Shown: positions 11,777-25,729 of the stretch, piece by piece | How positions within the stretch are numbered: the stretch's first letter is position 1 | Layout: every line of letters starts with the position of its first letter | From: Isurus oxyrinchus | Taxonomy: Eukaryota | Assembly (NCBI GenBank): GCA_026770705.1 | Contig: JANJGN010000026.1 | Location: 35,960,001 to 36,024,000, forward strand | DNA: 64,000 nt | Direction of reading: 5' to 3' | The notes under the pieces: model-generated | What the model saw: only the letters and a program-made list of their open reading frames with translations | The model's database searches: none | What the model was told of the DNA's origin: nothing | Position numbers and translations under genes: made by a program

Positions 11777-12055
11777 NNNNNNNNNNNNNNNNNNNNNNNN
11801 NNNNNNNNNNNNNNNNNNNNNNNNNNNNNNNNNNNNNNNNNNNNNNNNNNNNNNNNNNNNNNNNNNNNNNNNNNNNNNNNNNNNNNNNNNNNNNNNNNNN
11901 NNNNNNNNNNNNNNNNNNNNNNNNNNNNNNNNNNNNNNNNNNNNNNNNNNNNNNNNNNNNNNNNNNNNNNNNNNNNNNNNNNNNNNNNNNNNNNNNNNNN
12001 NNNNNNNNNNNNNNNNNNNNNNNNNNNNNNNNNNNNNNNNNNNNNNNNNNNNNNN
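11777..12055. other. Assembly gap flanked by GATA repeats
   Basis: Run of N. Confidence 1.
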
Positions 12056-12611
12056 TGATAAAATAGATAGAACATGATTTTGCTATTTAAGGACTCTTTG
12101 CTCTGAAGACAAAGGAGCAGTAAAAACGAATTGATAGATTTTAGGTGATGATTGACATAGCTTCAGATATGAATGTACATGCTGACACTGACCGGGATAA
12201 AAATCTTGTCAGAGAAGCAATTTGAATTATGGATCGATGAATAGAAGAGAGTTGTATCAATGTTGGAAGGGGCAAACAGAGAGAAAATTAAAAATGAATA
12301 AAACATTCAAATAATGTTGGGCGACAGCCAAAAGTGAAAACTCCAGACGGTAAATTGACCACATTATTTCCGCTCTGGGACCCTGCGCTTTATTTGGAGC
12401 CTTTGTCAGTTGAGGCTTTCTTCGCCAGCACATCGACCCCCATCTCATCCAAAAGCCCGGTTTCGATGAGCTGCCTATGATCATTGCTGAGGTTTGTGAC
12501 AATCAGCACTGCTTGCGGTCCTGCAAGGAGTCTCCCTGAACTCTTCTGCTGTGCCCCTCATACCTGGACTCGAGAATGTGTGAGGGTTCTGTCTATTCTT
12601 GCCGATCACTG

Positions 12612-12621
12612 TCTATCTCTC

Positions 12622-12685
<64 letters not shown>

Positions 12686-12691
12686 GCACAC
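12612..12691 (+). repeat. (CT)n(CA)n microsatellite
   Basis: Seen directly. Confidence 0.95.
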
Positions 12692-12754
12692 AATCTCTTG
12701 AATATATCCCAAATGCGTTTGCTCACAAAAAATAAATATTTCGTATTTATAAAA

Positions 12755-13360
12755 CATAAAAACATAGAAACTATGAGCAGGGGTAGGCCATTAATTAATT
12801 AAATGTAGGCCATGATTGTGGCTGATCATCCAACTCAATAGCCTGATCCCGCTTTCTCCCCATATCCTTTGATTCCTTTCGCCCCAAGAGCTATATCTAA
12901 CTACTTCTTGAAAGCATGCAATGATTTGGCATCAAATACTTTCTGTGGTAGCGAATTCCACAGGCTCACCACTCTCTGGGAGAAGAAATTTCTTCTCATC
13001 TCAATCCTAAATGGTCTACCCCGTATTCTCAGACTGTGACCTCTGGTTCTGGACTCCCCCGCCATCGGGACCATCCTTCCTGCATCTACCCTGCCTGGTC
13101 CTGTTAGAATTTTATAATCTTCTATGAGATTTTTCTCTCATTCTTCAGAATTCCAGCGAATATAATCGTAACCGACTCAATCACTCCTCATATGTCTGTA
13201 CCGGCATCTCAGGAATCAGTCTGATAAACGTTCGCTGCACCCCCTCTATAGCAAGAATATCTTTCCTCAGATAAGGGGCCCAAACCTGCACATAATATTC
13301 CAGGTGTGGTCTCACCAAGGCTCTGCACAATTGCAGCAAGACATCACTGTTCCTGTTCCT
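12755..13360 (-). mobile_element. CR1-type LINE 3' fragment
   Basis: Reverse complement of the RT C-terminus/3' UTR seen at 470-1020. Confidence 0.85.
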
Positions 13361-13793
13361 GCAAGAATACAGATCAGCGACATACTACGCTGCTCCTCAA
13401 AACAAAACCAAAGAAGGCAGGCGTGCGGAAATTTTCGAAATAATTAATGGGAAGTGATACTGGCCCGAAGGAGAGATGCAACGGGGATACCGCGGGATGG
13501 GTGAGCATACGAATGCTCAATCTAAAGGAACAGAATTCAGAAATAATGCCTCATTTGAATATTGTATAAGTCTGTTTGTTTGGAAAGGTCATGTTACTTT
13601 CGTATTGACTGCCTGTCGGGGTAAGCAGGATAGCGACAGGAATTGAAGAATTATTATGTTATTCAATTGCATCAATGGGTTGTGTTGAAAACAAGGGTTG
13701 AAGTCAGCTTTGGGTCTAAGAAAACCCTGCACAGCTTACTTACACAGAGCTCACATGTGACATTATGCAAATTTGGGAAACTGTGATCTCTCA

Positions 13794-13809
13794 CTGCCAC
13801 CTGGTGGCC
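13794..13809 (-). promoter_or_regulatory. CTCF consensus site (octamer ATGCAAAT at 13765-72 nearby)
   Basis: Minus strand GGCCACCAGGTGGCAG matches the CTCF core. Confidence 0.7.
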
Positions 13810-15887
13810 GGCTTTAAAATACATTTTTTGACCTGATCTCTCAGAACACGGTTATCTCGGAGTAATTTTATGCGACACGCTCCGCGTATTATATGGTCTG
13901 TGAGTAGAACTTCTTTAATGGGGATCTCCGGCGTTGACAATGGAATAATATTAAATGTTTCGCTTCACTTCCCCCACCTCAAAGATTTCCCCTTTTCAAA
14001 GGTCAACATTGGCGTCACTACTGTTCCCAATCCCTGCTGTGAACAGAAGGATTTCGCTCGGTCCCCCGCTCCCTGCACGACTCCCAAGTACCGGAAGACA
14101 ACCGGGCTCGGCGTAGATTGGATGGATGGTGGAACAACGGAACGGTCAGTTGATCGGATGGCAACTGTTGTCTCGGCCAATTGGCATTTCACCCAACATC
14201 GCCCCACCTGTGGACGGAAAGGCATTTACATTGAATCCACACAGCGAAATGAATCATTGGAAACGTTGGAGTAAAAACAAAATGCTTTTTTTGGCCCTCA
14301 GGAGCCTGTAGACACCGATCATGTTATCCGGCACCAGTTATTTGAAGGAACATTTAAGCTACTTTTATAAATGCTGGGATTGTCGCTATAGGTTGTGCAG
14401 TTCGTTGAGGCTCAAATTGGCGAGCAGAAGTTCCGAATTTCCAATCGCCATTTCATCGGATTAATTTTATGCCCTGTGATTGTTGATATAAGGATCGAGA
14501 TTCATCATCAGCATCGTCGCAACGCGTCTCCCTATAAATGGGAAACTGAGAACCCCCATAGGTACACTGACTGTCTTCGCCAGGATCCGCACGGTGTGCA
14601 ATTTCTCATCATCTCCACCAAAGGACGCCATCGTCACATACTTCTCACTCCTCCGTCGGGAATCAAGCAAATTTATCCCTGGTTTGTGGAAAGCCAAAGA
14701 TTAAGAAATCTGTTTGGAATTCAACTGGTGTTTGTTGGATTAAAAAAAAGTGCTTTTGAGCTCAGTCTATTTTGGCTGAAATTAGTGGTGAAAATGTGCC
14801 CGACAACAGTGAATAATTACCTAACTACAGTGGAGATTCTAAAGCAATTAAAATTGAATGCCCTAATAGCATGTTAAAGACACAATTCGAACATAAATTC
14901 GTAAATATGGCGTCATGAATGAAGTCAGATTCATACGAGCGAGGAGCAGGAGGAGGGCACTCGCCCATCAAACTCCAATAAATTGGTCAAACTTGATTTC
15001 CATTTCACTAAACCATGGGTACTGTGCCTGATTGCCATGGATTTTCTAAGTGCCCAGCCATGACATCTTTGAGAAGGATGGTTGTAATCGGACGAACAGT
15101 TTCTCCCGTGTTAATAGCAGTGGTTTCTTTCCCAATGTAATTTTCCTCAGCAGATTCGAATGGCGCCTCCTGATAGTTTCTGGCGGGCATTACAGAATTC
15201 AGCAGATAAGAGGGAGAGGAGCTTAGATACCAGCCCGTGAAATTACCAACGGTGAGATGATGCCGGTAATATCTTATCTCAAGTAGGTTAAAAAAAACTT
15301 CAAATGTAGCTGAAGTTTTGCAGTTCATTTCACTCACTGTCACTATCAGAGTGAGGCGATTGACACGGGGTGGAAGTTAATTATCAAAATGTTGCGATTC
15401 ACAAGAGGAAAATATTACTCCAGCCTCTGCGGAAACTTTCTCTGAAATTCGTTCTGGCCCCACGAACTCACTATCTTGTAAGAATTAATTTCAAGAGGAA
15501 ATCCATAATGCAGTATTTAGATTTACGAGGAAACGTGAATTTCATGGGAGAACTAGGTTAAAATTCCCGATCACACAGCAGCATCAAATGCACACGCATT
15601 CAGTAAAATGTCCGATTCGACGCAGTTGATTATAATCCTACAATTAAGCAATGCTGAAGATGTTCTCACAACGAAGGCTGTACTCAGTGAGTGAGTGTTT
15701 CTCCTATCGGATATTTTGTGCTGTGACTGTCACAATCTCTGATCATAGCCGCTATCTGAAGGGTTTTATAAAGCCCGCGGCAGCCCCGCTCACAGTCTCC
15801 GTTTGCTGCTCTCGTTCTGAACCGTCTTGCCTGCTCTTTGTTATTGGAGATGTCGTTGCAGGTGCTCCTGGGCTGTAAACAGGAGGG

Positions 15888-16355
15888 AGATTTTGTACCG
15901 TGACTGCCGCCTTTCCTTTCAGTGTGGGGCACTATCGCACGGTAATTCACAGCGGTATCCGCCCTCTCCGTCTTCTCAATAACCAATTGGCCCCGTTTGT
16001 CCGCAGTGGAAAGTTCCAATTCGAATCGACCCTTTCTCTCTTTGCCAGCCGATATTCGCTTTATTATCCACCCCAGCCCCATTACCGGATTCCTGTTTGT
16101 GCCAGTACATTCCGTCAAAGCTGGACCTGTCATAGCTGCAGTTTATCTGCACCGAACCCCGGCTCTGGACTGTTCTCGCAGTGGGATCCTATGTTCCAAG
16201 CCACACCGACCTGTAAAAACATTCAGGCAATGGGACATTGGAGCAACATGAGTCTAAATAGACATTCTCTGCAGGTGACAGAATAAACGCTTATACTTGC
16301 ATGTTAGCAGGACTAGAGTGACAGGGAGTAGATTCATTTGCACCGCGTAATACAT
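15888..16355 (-). pseudogene. TCR alpha/delta V pseudogene (paralog of the 32.3-kb and 21.7-kb V)
   Basis: Leader 16355-16301 MYYAVQMNLLPVTLVLLT with donor GT>GC. Exon 16210-15927 is frameshifted and ends ADTAVNYRAIVP (second Cys lost). RSS CACACTG, 23 nt, ACAAAATCT. Confidence 0.85.
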
Positions 16356-18620
16356 CCTTGCAATTAATGTGTCAGTCAGAAAAGGAAGCAGAGCTCACAT
16401 CAGCAGAGCACTGAACGACGTCAATAGGCGGTTAATGCGACAGCCAGAGATAATGTTTCAGTCACGTGGTTTTGCTGCTCTTGGATTGGTGGCAAATAAG
16501 CTTTCCTTTCGTGACGTAAAGATGTTGTTTTTGAGCCCCTGCTCCTTTGGCAATCGGTTCCCATCCCATCATATCAATACGCCAGAAATTTCCCTTTACT
16601 CCTTGTGGCGGGAAGTGAGCGGAAAACAATAACTTGGCGGCTCTGACTTTCTTAAGGGACAACCTTGGCTCCCAGGTCTTTGCAGCTATTTGAAACTCTG
16701 TACAAAGATTGTCTTAAGGAATGAAGGCAGCCCGTCGTTAACACCAGATCTTATCAGTTCTCGTGCTGGAATTGTACATTCAAGCTCCCATAGCTGTAAG
16801 ATTTCTGAATCTGGATCGGGAAAGAATTGAAGGAGAAATGCATTGGCGCTTTTCGATAATTCATCATACATCTGTGTACAGCTGCTGAAAGCATTGCCCA
16901 TGGACCTGGTTCATACCCTCACACCTAGGGCGAGGGATAGGGCGGGTTCTAGATAACAGGATGGGAGCGAAAGCTGGGTGTGAAAGTCTGCCCTCGCGAC
17001 TTTTACATAAATTAGCCAAAAATGTGATGCAGGAAAAGAAACCAAATGCAGGGCGGTGCCAGTTTATCTTTTTCTCTTTTAACTTTGATCCCCAGCAAAG
17101 ACAGGGCTGATGTGACGTGTCAAAGAAACTATTTCACACAGCGAGCAGTTAAAGTTTAGGGTTCACAGCCTGGAAGTGTGGTGGAGGCAGGTTCTATTGG
17201 GGCAATGCAGACGGCATTGTGTGATTATTTAATTGGAAACAATGTGCAGGGTTACGGGGAAAAGACAGCAGATTATCACTAAGTTCAAATGCTCAGAGAT
17301 CCGTTGTAGACACGATGGGCCGAATGGCCTCCTTATACACGGTAACATTTCTGTTATTCTGTGATATCAGACATCAGCGTGTGTGTGCTGTTTAGATCTT
17401 ATACTGTTTTCTCTATCTTCCAGACCAGGAGTTCAGCTGCTCTGCCCATTGCCTGATATTGGACGGAGTGCCTTCGATATGACGAAGGCGGCTGAGTGAC
17501 GATTGTTGTCTGATGTATTTCAAGCATGAGTTCTCAATTCAGAGACAATTGGCGGATAAATATTTTTTTATTTATCGTCCAGGGCCTGATCCAAACAACA
17601 AACATTCACTTCAGCTGCTCTCTGCTGCTTGTTCCGAGGAATGATCAGGTGGCGCTGGACAGGGTGTGAGAAATTATCTCTGTGTTCAATCGCCTGTCTG
17701 TACTTTCTCTTTAAGTGAGCTCTGTTGTTACGGCACTTCGCTCATATATTGGTCAGAAATAAAGGGTTTGCATCGTCACATTATGGACTAGAATGAGGGA
17801 GTGTATAGGATTGTAGATAAAGTGAGAAGTCGGGGAAAAGATGAGACCTTAAAGCATGCAAAGGGCATCGATAGAGATTAGATGATCTAAGGCGCTACTG
17901 ATGAATTTGTGAAGTTGATTTATACTTGAAATGGAAGTTGAAAATGTCAGGTAATATATTTCTGCTGATGCACCTCGTGTGTTTCCCTTGAGTGCATTGT
18001 TCTTTGGCCCCGTTAACAAGGGCCCGTTTACTCTCATTCTGGACGTTGAATCACTTGTGCTGTTCCTCTTTACTGCTGTGAGAATTCTCAATGTGCGTCT
18101 CCGTCCCGGTAATTAGCAGCTTTAGTAAACCCAATCTGCGAGCTTTAATCACCACTGCCGGCACATCAACCTTCCGTATTTATATTGAGTATAAAAAGGA
18201 GGAATGATGATAAGTCCAAACATTTTAAAAGCTGCCCGTCTGTTAATTTGAACAAAGGCAACAATATTAACATTAGTGTGCGGTTTATAGACCTGCCAGT
18301 TTTGTCTGCTGTGATCTCGGGATCAAACCTGTCGCTCAACAAAGCTGGTGATATTGGAAAGACAGTGATGATTGGTCAGGTTGTCTTCAGATATGGTTCA
18401 TTTCCATGTCTGTCTGGCTGATCGGATTTTATGCAGTTTGTCTGATTTTCCCGGCCGCTCCTGGGAACAGTTGGGTGACTGTTTGATCCGAGGTTAATGT
18501 GGTTTCCTCTGGCTGTGTGTATCTGAGCAGCTGACAGTGGCGCTTCACATTATAGCTTCATCTACCCGCGATTCTACACAAACCCCAACAGACAGGAGCT
18601 CCCACTAAGAGTGCAAAGGC

Positions 18621-19125
18621 AGTTTTTGTACAGGGGTGAGACTGATTTGCATCACTGTGAGACTGAAAGCGCAGAAATAGACAGCAGTGTCAGTCAGCTG
18701 CAGACCCGAGATGGTTAAACTGGTGAATTTAGTGGATATCTGGAGCTCTACAGAGAACCGACTTTTTGCAAATTCTGCTTTGTCTTCATAGCGATTCGTA
18801 TCCTTGAGCAGTACAAACTGGGGCTGTGTGTCTGGGTGTTGTCGATACCAGTATAACGCATAGCCACTCCTTGCAGTATCATAGTTACAGTTTAAAGTCA
18901 CCTGTCCTTCTTCTGTCTTAACATCCGATAAGAGTGGCTGAGTGACAGAATCTCCACGAGTCACGTCTGGAAAAAATATATTAAAACAGAATATTTAAGA
19001 CCGACAGTTAATTGAAATCTCATTGAAACCATGCCTGGGAAATTAGATAAAAGATGAAATGTATTCCCTTCACGATTACCTGCCAGAATTGCTGCCCACA
19101 CAAACCAGATGTTGAGTAGCTGCAT
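18621..19125 (-). CDS. TCR alpha/delta V segment, apparently functional
   Basis: Leader 19125-19080 MQLLNIWFVWAAILA|GTAAT. Exon 18966-18660 DVTRGDSVTQP...VTLNCNYD...LYWYRQHP...RFSVEL...DTAVYFCAFSL. RSS CACAGTG (18659-53), 23 nt, ACAAAAACT (18629-21). Confidence 0.93.
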
Positions 19126-19690
19126 TGTCGCTGTCCGCCCTGTCTACGAGTTGCTCGATATTTGAAGACATCCTTTCTAATCCCCGCCCTCAATAACCCA
19201 TTTTCGTGTCTCAGGATGCTTACAGCTCACTTCCTGTGTCCCCTGTTGTGTAGTGAGACAGGCAGGTTTTGAGAGAGCGCAGAGTAACTGCAATTGCCCT
19301 GACCTGGGCTGCAGTCACTACCCTTACACAGGGAATAGATCCGGGTTAGAGCAGGATTAGGGAAGAAACCCTTCCTGAGCCATTGCTGTCCAAGTAGACA
19401 TTATCGAGACACTAATGGAACAGAAAAAAGTTTCCAGCTTTCCGATGATGCAGAGTTATGTTGGAGAGTAAGTGATAATGAGGCTGCAAAGGATATGGGG
19501 TGGTAAATTGTCTTTGCAAGAAAGTGGCAAAGAGGAACATATTTTGGAGAAAAAACGTTACTTTCCTTGCCAAGAAGAATGGCGAAAATGAATTACTGCT
19601 TATTTTTTTTTGAAATGATGGAATATATTACATGTTAATAGGTTTTAACTCAATTTTCTGGGGCTCCCTCTTTCTATTCTCCCTCAGAGT

Positions 19691-19691
19691 T

Positions 19692-19727
<36 letters not shown>

Positions 19728-19816
19728 TCACACACACATACATTCACACAAACACACACACACACACCTTTAGCAATCTACCCTCTGCTGGTCACTGTCA
19801 TAATCACACACACGCA

Positions 19817-19852
<36 letters not shown>
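19691..19852 (+). repeat. (CT)n/(CA)n microsatellites
   Basis: Seen directly. Confidence 0.9.
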
Positions 19853-19855
<3 letters not shown>

Positions 19856-20614
19856 TGAGTAATCTACTCTCTGCTGGACACTGCCAGAGTCACATACACG
19901 CCTTCACATTCTGATCCTGTGTCAGTGAAGCCTGAGGCGCTGGCATAGTGGTGTTGTAACTGCACAGGTGATTTAACGACCCAATGTATTGTCCAAGGTT
20001 CGAATCCCCCCAAGGCCAATAATGCAATTTGTACGCAATGGCTTGCTTGAATTATCTGCAGGAGGAAACCGTTCTCCACTGTTACCAAAACCCATCTGGT
20101 TCATAAATGGTCTATCCTGCAGGTGACACTAGACCCACGGCTACTTAGAAATGGGAATGGCTATTCACTTTCTCTTGATATCTCTCTGTCACCAGCAGCC
20201 AGTCTAACTATCAGCTTTTTTGCTCCCATCCAAAGAATTTGGAGGTACAATAACAGATAATTATGGCCATACGTGGCTGGTCAGGAAGTGTCATTGGAGA
20301 GCGAATCACAAATAACGTCTCATGTCCGTGACATTTCATCTGAGTTCAGTTTGAGGAGTTGCAGATTTGTGGTGTAAGGTCACAAACTAGAACCTTCACT
20401 CTATTCCTGGTTGTATTTCCAGCATTTTCTGTTTGGGCGTTGAATTTGGTTACCTTTCTGCTGCGTGCCACAAGAGAGGAGTGGGGAATGTCACCCTCAG
20501 GACAACCACAAGCTCATTCTTTCAGATAACTATTTGGTTACAATTTGAGACGAGAGTAAATTTGCACACTATGTTTAAGTTTAAGCACGGATTTTAATGT
20601 ATAATTTTACTAAT

Positions 20615-21325
20615 GAATGAGAGATCTTGGCGTACAAGCACACAGGTCCCTGAAGGCAGCAGTTCAAGTAGACAAGGTTGTAAAGAAGGCATATGGAATG
20701 CTTTCCTTCATTGGCAGAGTTATAGAATATAAATGTAAGGATATAATGTTGGAATTGTATGAAACACTGGTGAGGCCGCAACTGGAGTATTGTGTGCATT
20801 TCTGGTCACCACATTACAGGAAGGGCGTAATAGCTCTGGAGAGAGTGCAGAGGAGGTTTACAAGAATGTTGCCAGGGTTAGAAAAGAGTAGCTACGAGGA
20901 GAGATTGGATAGGTCGGGGTTATTTTCCTTAGAACCAAGAAGGCTGACAGGTGACTTGATTGAGGTGCACAAAATTTTGAGGGGAATAGATAGAGGGGAC
21001 AGGATAAAATTGTTTCCCTTGATGGAGAATTCTAGAACCAGGGGACATAGACTCAAGATAAGTGGCAGAAGGTGTAGGGGGGACATGAGGAAGAACTTTT
21101 GGACGAAGTGGGTAGTGGGTGTCTGCAATTCGCTGGTAGAGGCAGAAACTTTGAACCCTTTTATAAAGTAACTCGATCTGCATCTAATCTACTGTAAGCT
21201 GCAGGGCTACGGGCCGGATGCAGGAATGTGGGATTAGAACGGGCACCTGGGTGTCCCCGGGCTGGCATGGACAAGATAGGCTGAATGGCCTCTTTCTTTG
21301 CTGTATCTTTTCTATGCTTTTATGG
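20615..21325 (+). mobile_element. CR1-type LINE 3' fragment
   Basis: ORF RDLGV...LVRPQLEYCVHFWSP...LERVQRRFTRM...TRGHRL. Confidence 0.9.
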
Positions 21326-21643
21326 TCCTAATGTTCTTTAAAAATCGTCACTCAACAGTATAAAATAAAGACTCAGGATCTTTCTCGGTTCCTTGGGACA
21401 CAATCAGACAATGAATCTCCCCACGTAGCAAAGACCTCACTGACTAACAGCCCCCTCAGTCCGACACTCTCTGCTATGACCGGCAGTATCTCTGATCAAA
21501 CCTCTCTCTAATGGGATTCACTAGACAACGCGCGGCAGCCCTGCCCGTTTCTCCCGTTAGCCGATCATGCCCTGAGCCTCCTGGCCCGCCTTGTGCTATC
21601 AGAGAGATTGCTGCCGCTCTTCCGGAACTGTAGCCAGGAGCGA

Positions 21644-22119
21644 GGTTTTTGTACAGTGACTGCCGCGTTTTGTCTCAGTATGGGGCTCAGCCGCACAGTA
21701 ATAAACCGCGGCATCGGCCTCCTCAGTGCTAGAGATCAGCAATTGTCCGCGTTTCTCCGACTTGGAAAGATTCACTTCATATCGCCCGCTCTTCTCTTCG
21801 CCATTTGATTCTCGCCTTGTAATCCACTCCAGTTCCTGACCGGAATTCTGTCTGTACCAATGCATCGCGTAAAAGTCAGACACTTGGAAGCTGCAGTCCA
21901 TTTGCACCGAATACCCGCTCTGGACTGTTTCCGAAGCGGGAAATTGAAGCACACAGTCCGAGAGACATCGACCTGGAAAAATATTCAGGGTATGAAGCAT
22001 TGGATCACCGAGATTAATAATGAAAAACTCACTCTGGGTTATTCGGTGTCTGTCCGGTATTCACCTGTTCGCATCGCCAGGATGTCGGATAATAGCGTTA
22101 ACTGTGCAGTACAACACAT
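21644..22119 (-). CDS. TCR V segment with open frame but non-canonical heptamer (ORF class)
   Basis: Leader 22119-22065 MCCTAQLTLLSDILAMRT|GTGAAT. Exon 21972-21683 ...VQMDCSF...MHWYRQ...DAAVYYCAAEP. RSS CATACTG, 23 nt, ACAAAAACC. Confidence 0.85.
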
Positions 22120-22669
22120 GTTTGCTATGAGAATGTCAATACAAAAACGGGACACAGCTCACAAGAGAAGGAAAGGAATCGGGTGAGGAGATTAAAATGT
22201 TGGCTGATTAAAGTCAATGATGGATATTCAAAGTCTCGGTCACGTGTTTATTTTTCCCGCTCCTCATTGGCTGGAAGTGGATATTGTTCCCCGGATATAA
22301 GGAGGCGGTTTGTTCGTCCGCTGCACATTTTTCCCGTGGTTCGCGTCTGAACCTATCACTTTGTCTGAAGACCAGCTGCGTCTTTTGCTCCGGGTGGAGG
22401 CAATTGAGAGGAAACATATTTCTTTAAGAGAGTCACTCTCTTAAGCGACCAATCTGACACTGGATGTTCGAATCCAGTGGAAAATGTCCCGGACAGAATG
22501 AGTGAGTTCCAGAGGGACTGTACCTCAGTACACCGTCAGGGTAGCCCAAAGAGCCATTCCCTAGCAGATTGTGTGGAGCCTGTGGACTCGTGCGTCATAA
22601 CGCGTTTGACACACTCACCATGGTCTATGCACATCTTTCCCGGGAAGGTGGGTGGGCTCGAAGATACTC

Positions 22670-23132
22670 TACCTACCAAGAGAGTCAACACATTCAGGAG
22701 AATCTTGTTATCATTTTCTTTTAGGATGGGTGAAGCCTGTGGAGAGCAGCTCCCGTAATAGTATCTGTGTAGGGACTGGCTGATAGGAACCAGCAGAGGG
22801 TATTGTCTGGGCGCGCTCAGCCATTGCCACACCATGTCTCACTGCACACCAAACACTCCAATGGCTGATGCCGCGATCTTCTCAATACTGAGAATGTCAT
22901 AACTTTTCCTTCGCTGAAGATAGAGTCTGGACAGCTCCGTCATTGCTGCGCTCCCAGATATGATGAATCCCGGGCCAAGGTTTTGAACTTGTCTGTACAT
23001 TTTACAAGGTAAAAAAAGAGGTGACAAACGCCCAGGAGGAAATGTAATGCATGTAACACAAACTGTTTACTTCAACATAGGTTCACCGGTCAGCACAGTG
23101 ATTATGATCAGAATTAAACACAGGGAACTCAT
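22670..23132 (-). pseudogene. Eroded TCR V pseudogene (family of the 60-kb V) with intact leader
   Basis: Leader 23132-23087 MSSLCLILIIITVLT|GTGAAC. Promoter with TGACGTCA at ~23293 resembles 57470-57520. Downstream relics: SEGKVMTF, RQYP, ILKENDNKILLNV. Confidence 0.55.
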
Positions 23133-24208
23133 GATGACTGCTGTAGATTTCAGAGCAGAATAAGAGAACGATTTCAATATGCTGACCATGCCGGGCAGGT
23201 ATGGAATAGTAAACTCAGCCGAGGGTCAGGCGTCACATCTTGAGAGACAGAGAGGCGTTTTCCATCGGCTTGATTGGCTTGTTCCTGAGGCTGACGTCAG
23301 CTGAACAACAATCACTGTTACTTTTTTACTTCATTCACGGGATATGGGTTTCGCAGGCTGGGCCAGCATTTAGTGCCCGTCACTAATTGCCCTTGAGAAA
23401 GTGGTGGTGAGTTGCCTTCTTCAACCGCTGCTGTCCATGTGATGTGGGTACACTCACAATGCTGTTAGGAAGGAAGTTCCAGGATTTTGACACAGTGACA
23501 GTGTAAGAACTGGCACAGAAATTACTTCCGTCGCCCTGCGAACTCTTTCCTTTGCTGTTTTCCCTCTTTGCCGCTGTCCAGCTCTCTTGATCTAAATCGC
23601 TCTGCCTCCTTTCTTTTGCCTTTCCTGTCTTCCTGTCAAACTCAGTTTCTCTATTGGTGAACAGTTTGATCGACCCATGGTAAACCTGAAAACTGAAGCG
23701 ATTCCAATTAGGCTGACGCCTGGTATGACTGAATATTACTCCGTCTTTGAGCACCATTAATAGTTACAGTCATAGCACGACCAAGAATCTGATAAGTGAA
23801 CGCATCGATCTAATTGGAATGGAGATTCACTGAGGTTAAGTTTGAAACAGAACAGCGGGCTGATTCCGGGTGTCAATATATCTATCCATGCACCAGCAAC
23901 TATCTCACGGCCGATCAGTCTCGCAGCACCACTGGGGAGGAAAGGAGGTGAGGGGGGAGTGCCTGAGACACTGAGAGCAGATGATTGTGGGTGAGGATCT
24001 GACCAGGTGACTTTGAATATAAAACTCCCTTTCCAGAGGATGCAGTTACTCAGAATCTGGGTTGTGTGGTCAACATTTCTGACAGGTAATTTCTGATTCA
24101 GCACATTCTAATCAGAGGGACAGTAGGAACGTGGGTAATAGCACTGAGTCATAATGCTCATTGATGGGCCGAATGGCCACTGTCTACTACCGCGTCTTAA
24201 CAACTTCT

Positions 24209-24480
24209 ACAGCCTCTGGCCGATCACGTCTAGACAGGAGAAGAAGGGGTAACTTTAAACTGCACCAGGACTCTGCATGGACAGTCCGGGCATTATTTTG
24301 GCAGCGGAATGAGCCAGACACGCAGCCTGACTTCATCCCGTGGACGGTTTCTTAGGGTCATGATTGCAAAGCAGGTCCTGCTAAAATACGTTTCCCTACC
24401 GAGATTCAGGCAGCAGCTAAATCCACCATCCTAACCATCACGAGTCTGTCGCTGACTAACACTGCCGCCGATTACAGCAT
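24209..24480 (+). pseudogene. TCR V pseudogene (18.7-kb family), 3' end cut by a LINE
   Basis: QPL...VTLNC..LFW..PDTQPDFI...RFPTEIQAAAKSTILTITSLSLTNTAADY with stops and frameshift. Confidence 0.7.
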
Positions 24481-24990
24481 TCTTACTTTTAATCTGTGCC
24501 CTCTCGCCCTTGATCCTTTTACCAATTGGAACAGTTTCTCCTTATCTACTCTGTCCAGCCCCCTCACCATTTCAACACCTCTTTCAAATCTCCTCTTGGC
24601 CTTCTCCTCTCTAAAGAGAACAGTCCCAATCTCGGCAATCTATCTTCATGGTTAACTTTTCTCATCCCTGGAACCATTCTTCTAAACCTCTTCTGCACTG
24701 TCTCCAATACGTTCATATCCTTCCTGTAGTGTGACCTCCAGAACTATGCCCAATATTCCAGATGAGGTCTAATTAGAGCCTTATTAAAGCTCAGCATAAC
24801 CTCCTTGCTCTTGCACTCTATGCCCCTATTAATAAAGCCCAGGATACTGTTTGCTTTATTACCTGATCTCTCTGCCTGCCCTCCGACCTTCAGTAATCTA
24901 TGCACATATACGCCTAGACCCCTCTGTTCCTGAACACATTTTAGAATGGTATCTTTTATTTTGTATTGTCTCTCCATGTTTTTCCTATCA
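24481..24990 (-). mobile_element. CR1-type LINE fragment
   Basis: KALIRPHLEY motif. Confidence 0.8.
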
Positions 24991-25099
24991 AATTGCAGGG
25001 GTGACTGGCCTCATTCTGTGTTGTAACTGCGCTGGGATTCTGTGACTGTATCGGGATTACTTATCATTATTATCATGACAATCATTTCATCTTCTGAAG

Positions 25100-25408
25100 C
25101 AACATCATCATCGTGAGCGAAGGAGACAGTGTACAGTTGTATTGTAATTATACAACGACAAGCAACAGTCCTGAGATATTCTGGTACCGTCAGCATTCTA
25201 GCGGATCCATGGTGTATCTGCAGCGGAGGCATAGATACAGCGAGAACACAGAGCGGTTCCCGGGGGAACGTTTTTCAATGGATTATGATTATGTGAAGAG
25301 CACTGTCCCGTGGAATGTTTCTAACACAGAACTGAGAGACTCTGCGGTGTATCACTGCACACTGAGGCCCACAAAGACACCGAACTGGGCTGAACCTGTA
25401 CAAAAACT
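25100..25408 (+). pseudogene. 5'-truncated TCR V exon with 23-RSS
   Basis: VSEGDSVQLYCNYTTTSNSPEIFWYRQ...DSAVYHCTLRP. RSS CACAAAG (25370-76), 23 nt, ACAAAAACT (25400-08). No leader or acceptor found. Confidence 0.8.
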
Positions 25409-25729
25409 GCCGCTCATCATAGCAACGCCTTAGCAATCGTTGTGATCAGTGATGAGTCTGAATCATTCCTGAAAATGGTGATATCTCACAATTTCAATTT
25501 TAATATTATTTATTTCAACATCCTTTATGCTTAATAAATATATTACTAAACTATCCATAGGAGGAAAGTTTAGCGAATGAAAGTAGAATACTTCTATAAT
25601 GTCTTTCATGATGTCCACCGTGTTTCACCGTCACTGTTACAATGTAATGTAGGAAATGGAGCAGCCAATTGGGCCCCCGCATGATCTTCCAATCTGTAAT
25701 AATTAATGGACTGCCTGGTTATGTTTTAA

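Noticed and set aside
11431-12077. ORFs of 127-214 aa across the gap
   Set aside because: Artefacts of the N run and the tandem repeat.
13870-14700. CpG-rich stretch with several overlapping ORFs, considered as an endogenous viral or novel coding fragment
   Set aside because: No recognisable viral or transposon motif. Weak V-like relics occur on both strands (STPSPVVF[R]Y after a CCACAG acceptor on minus; YTDCLRQDPHGVQFLI on plus), so eroded V pseudogenes are more likely, but too weak to call. BLASTx or an HMM search would decide.
22536-23027. ~160-codon minus-strand frame with one stop, considered as a retrocopy
   Set aside because: It is preceded by a V leader exon and promoter and contains RQYP and LLNV relics; explained as an eroded V.
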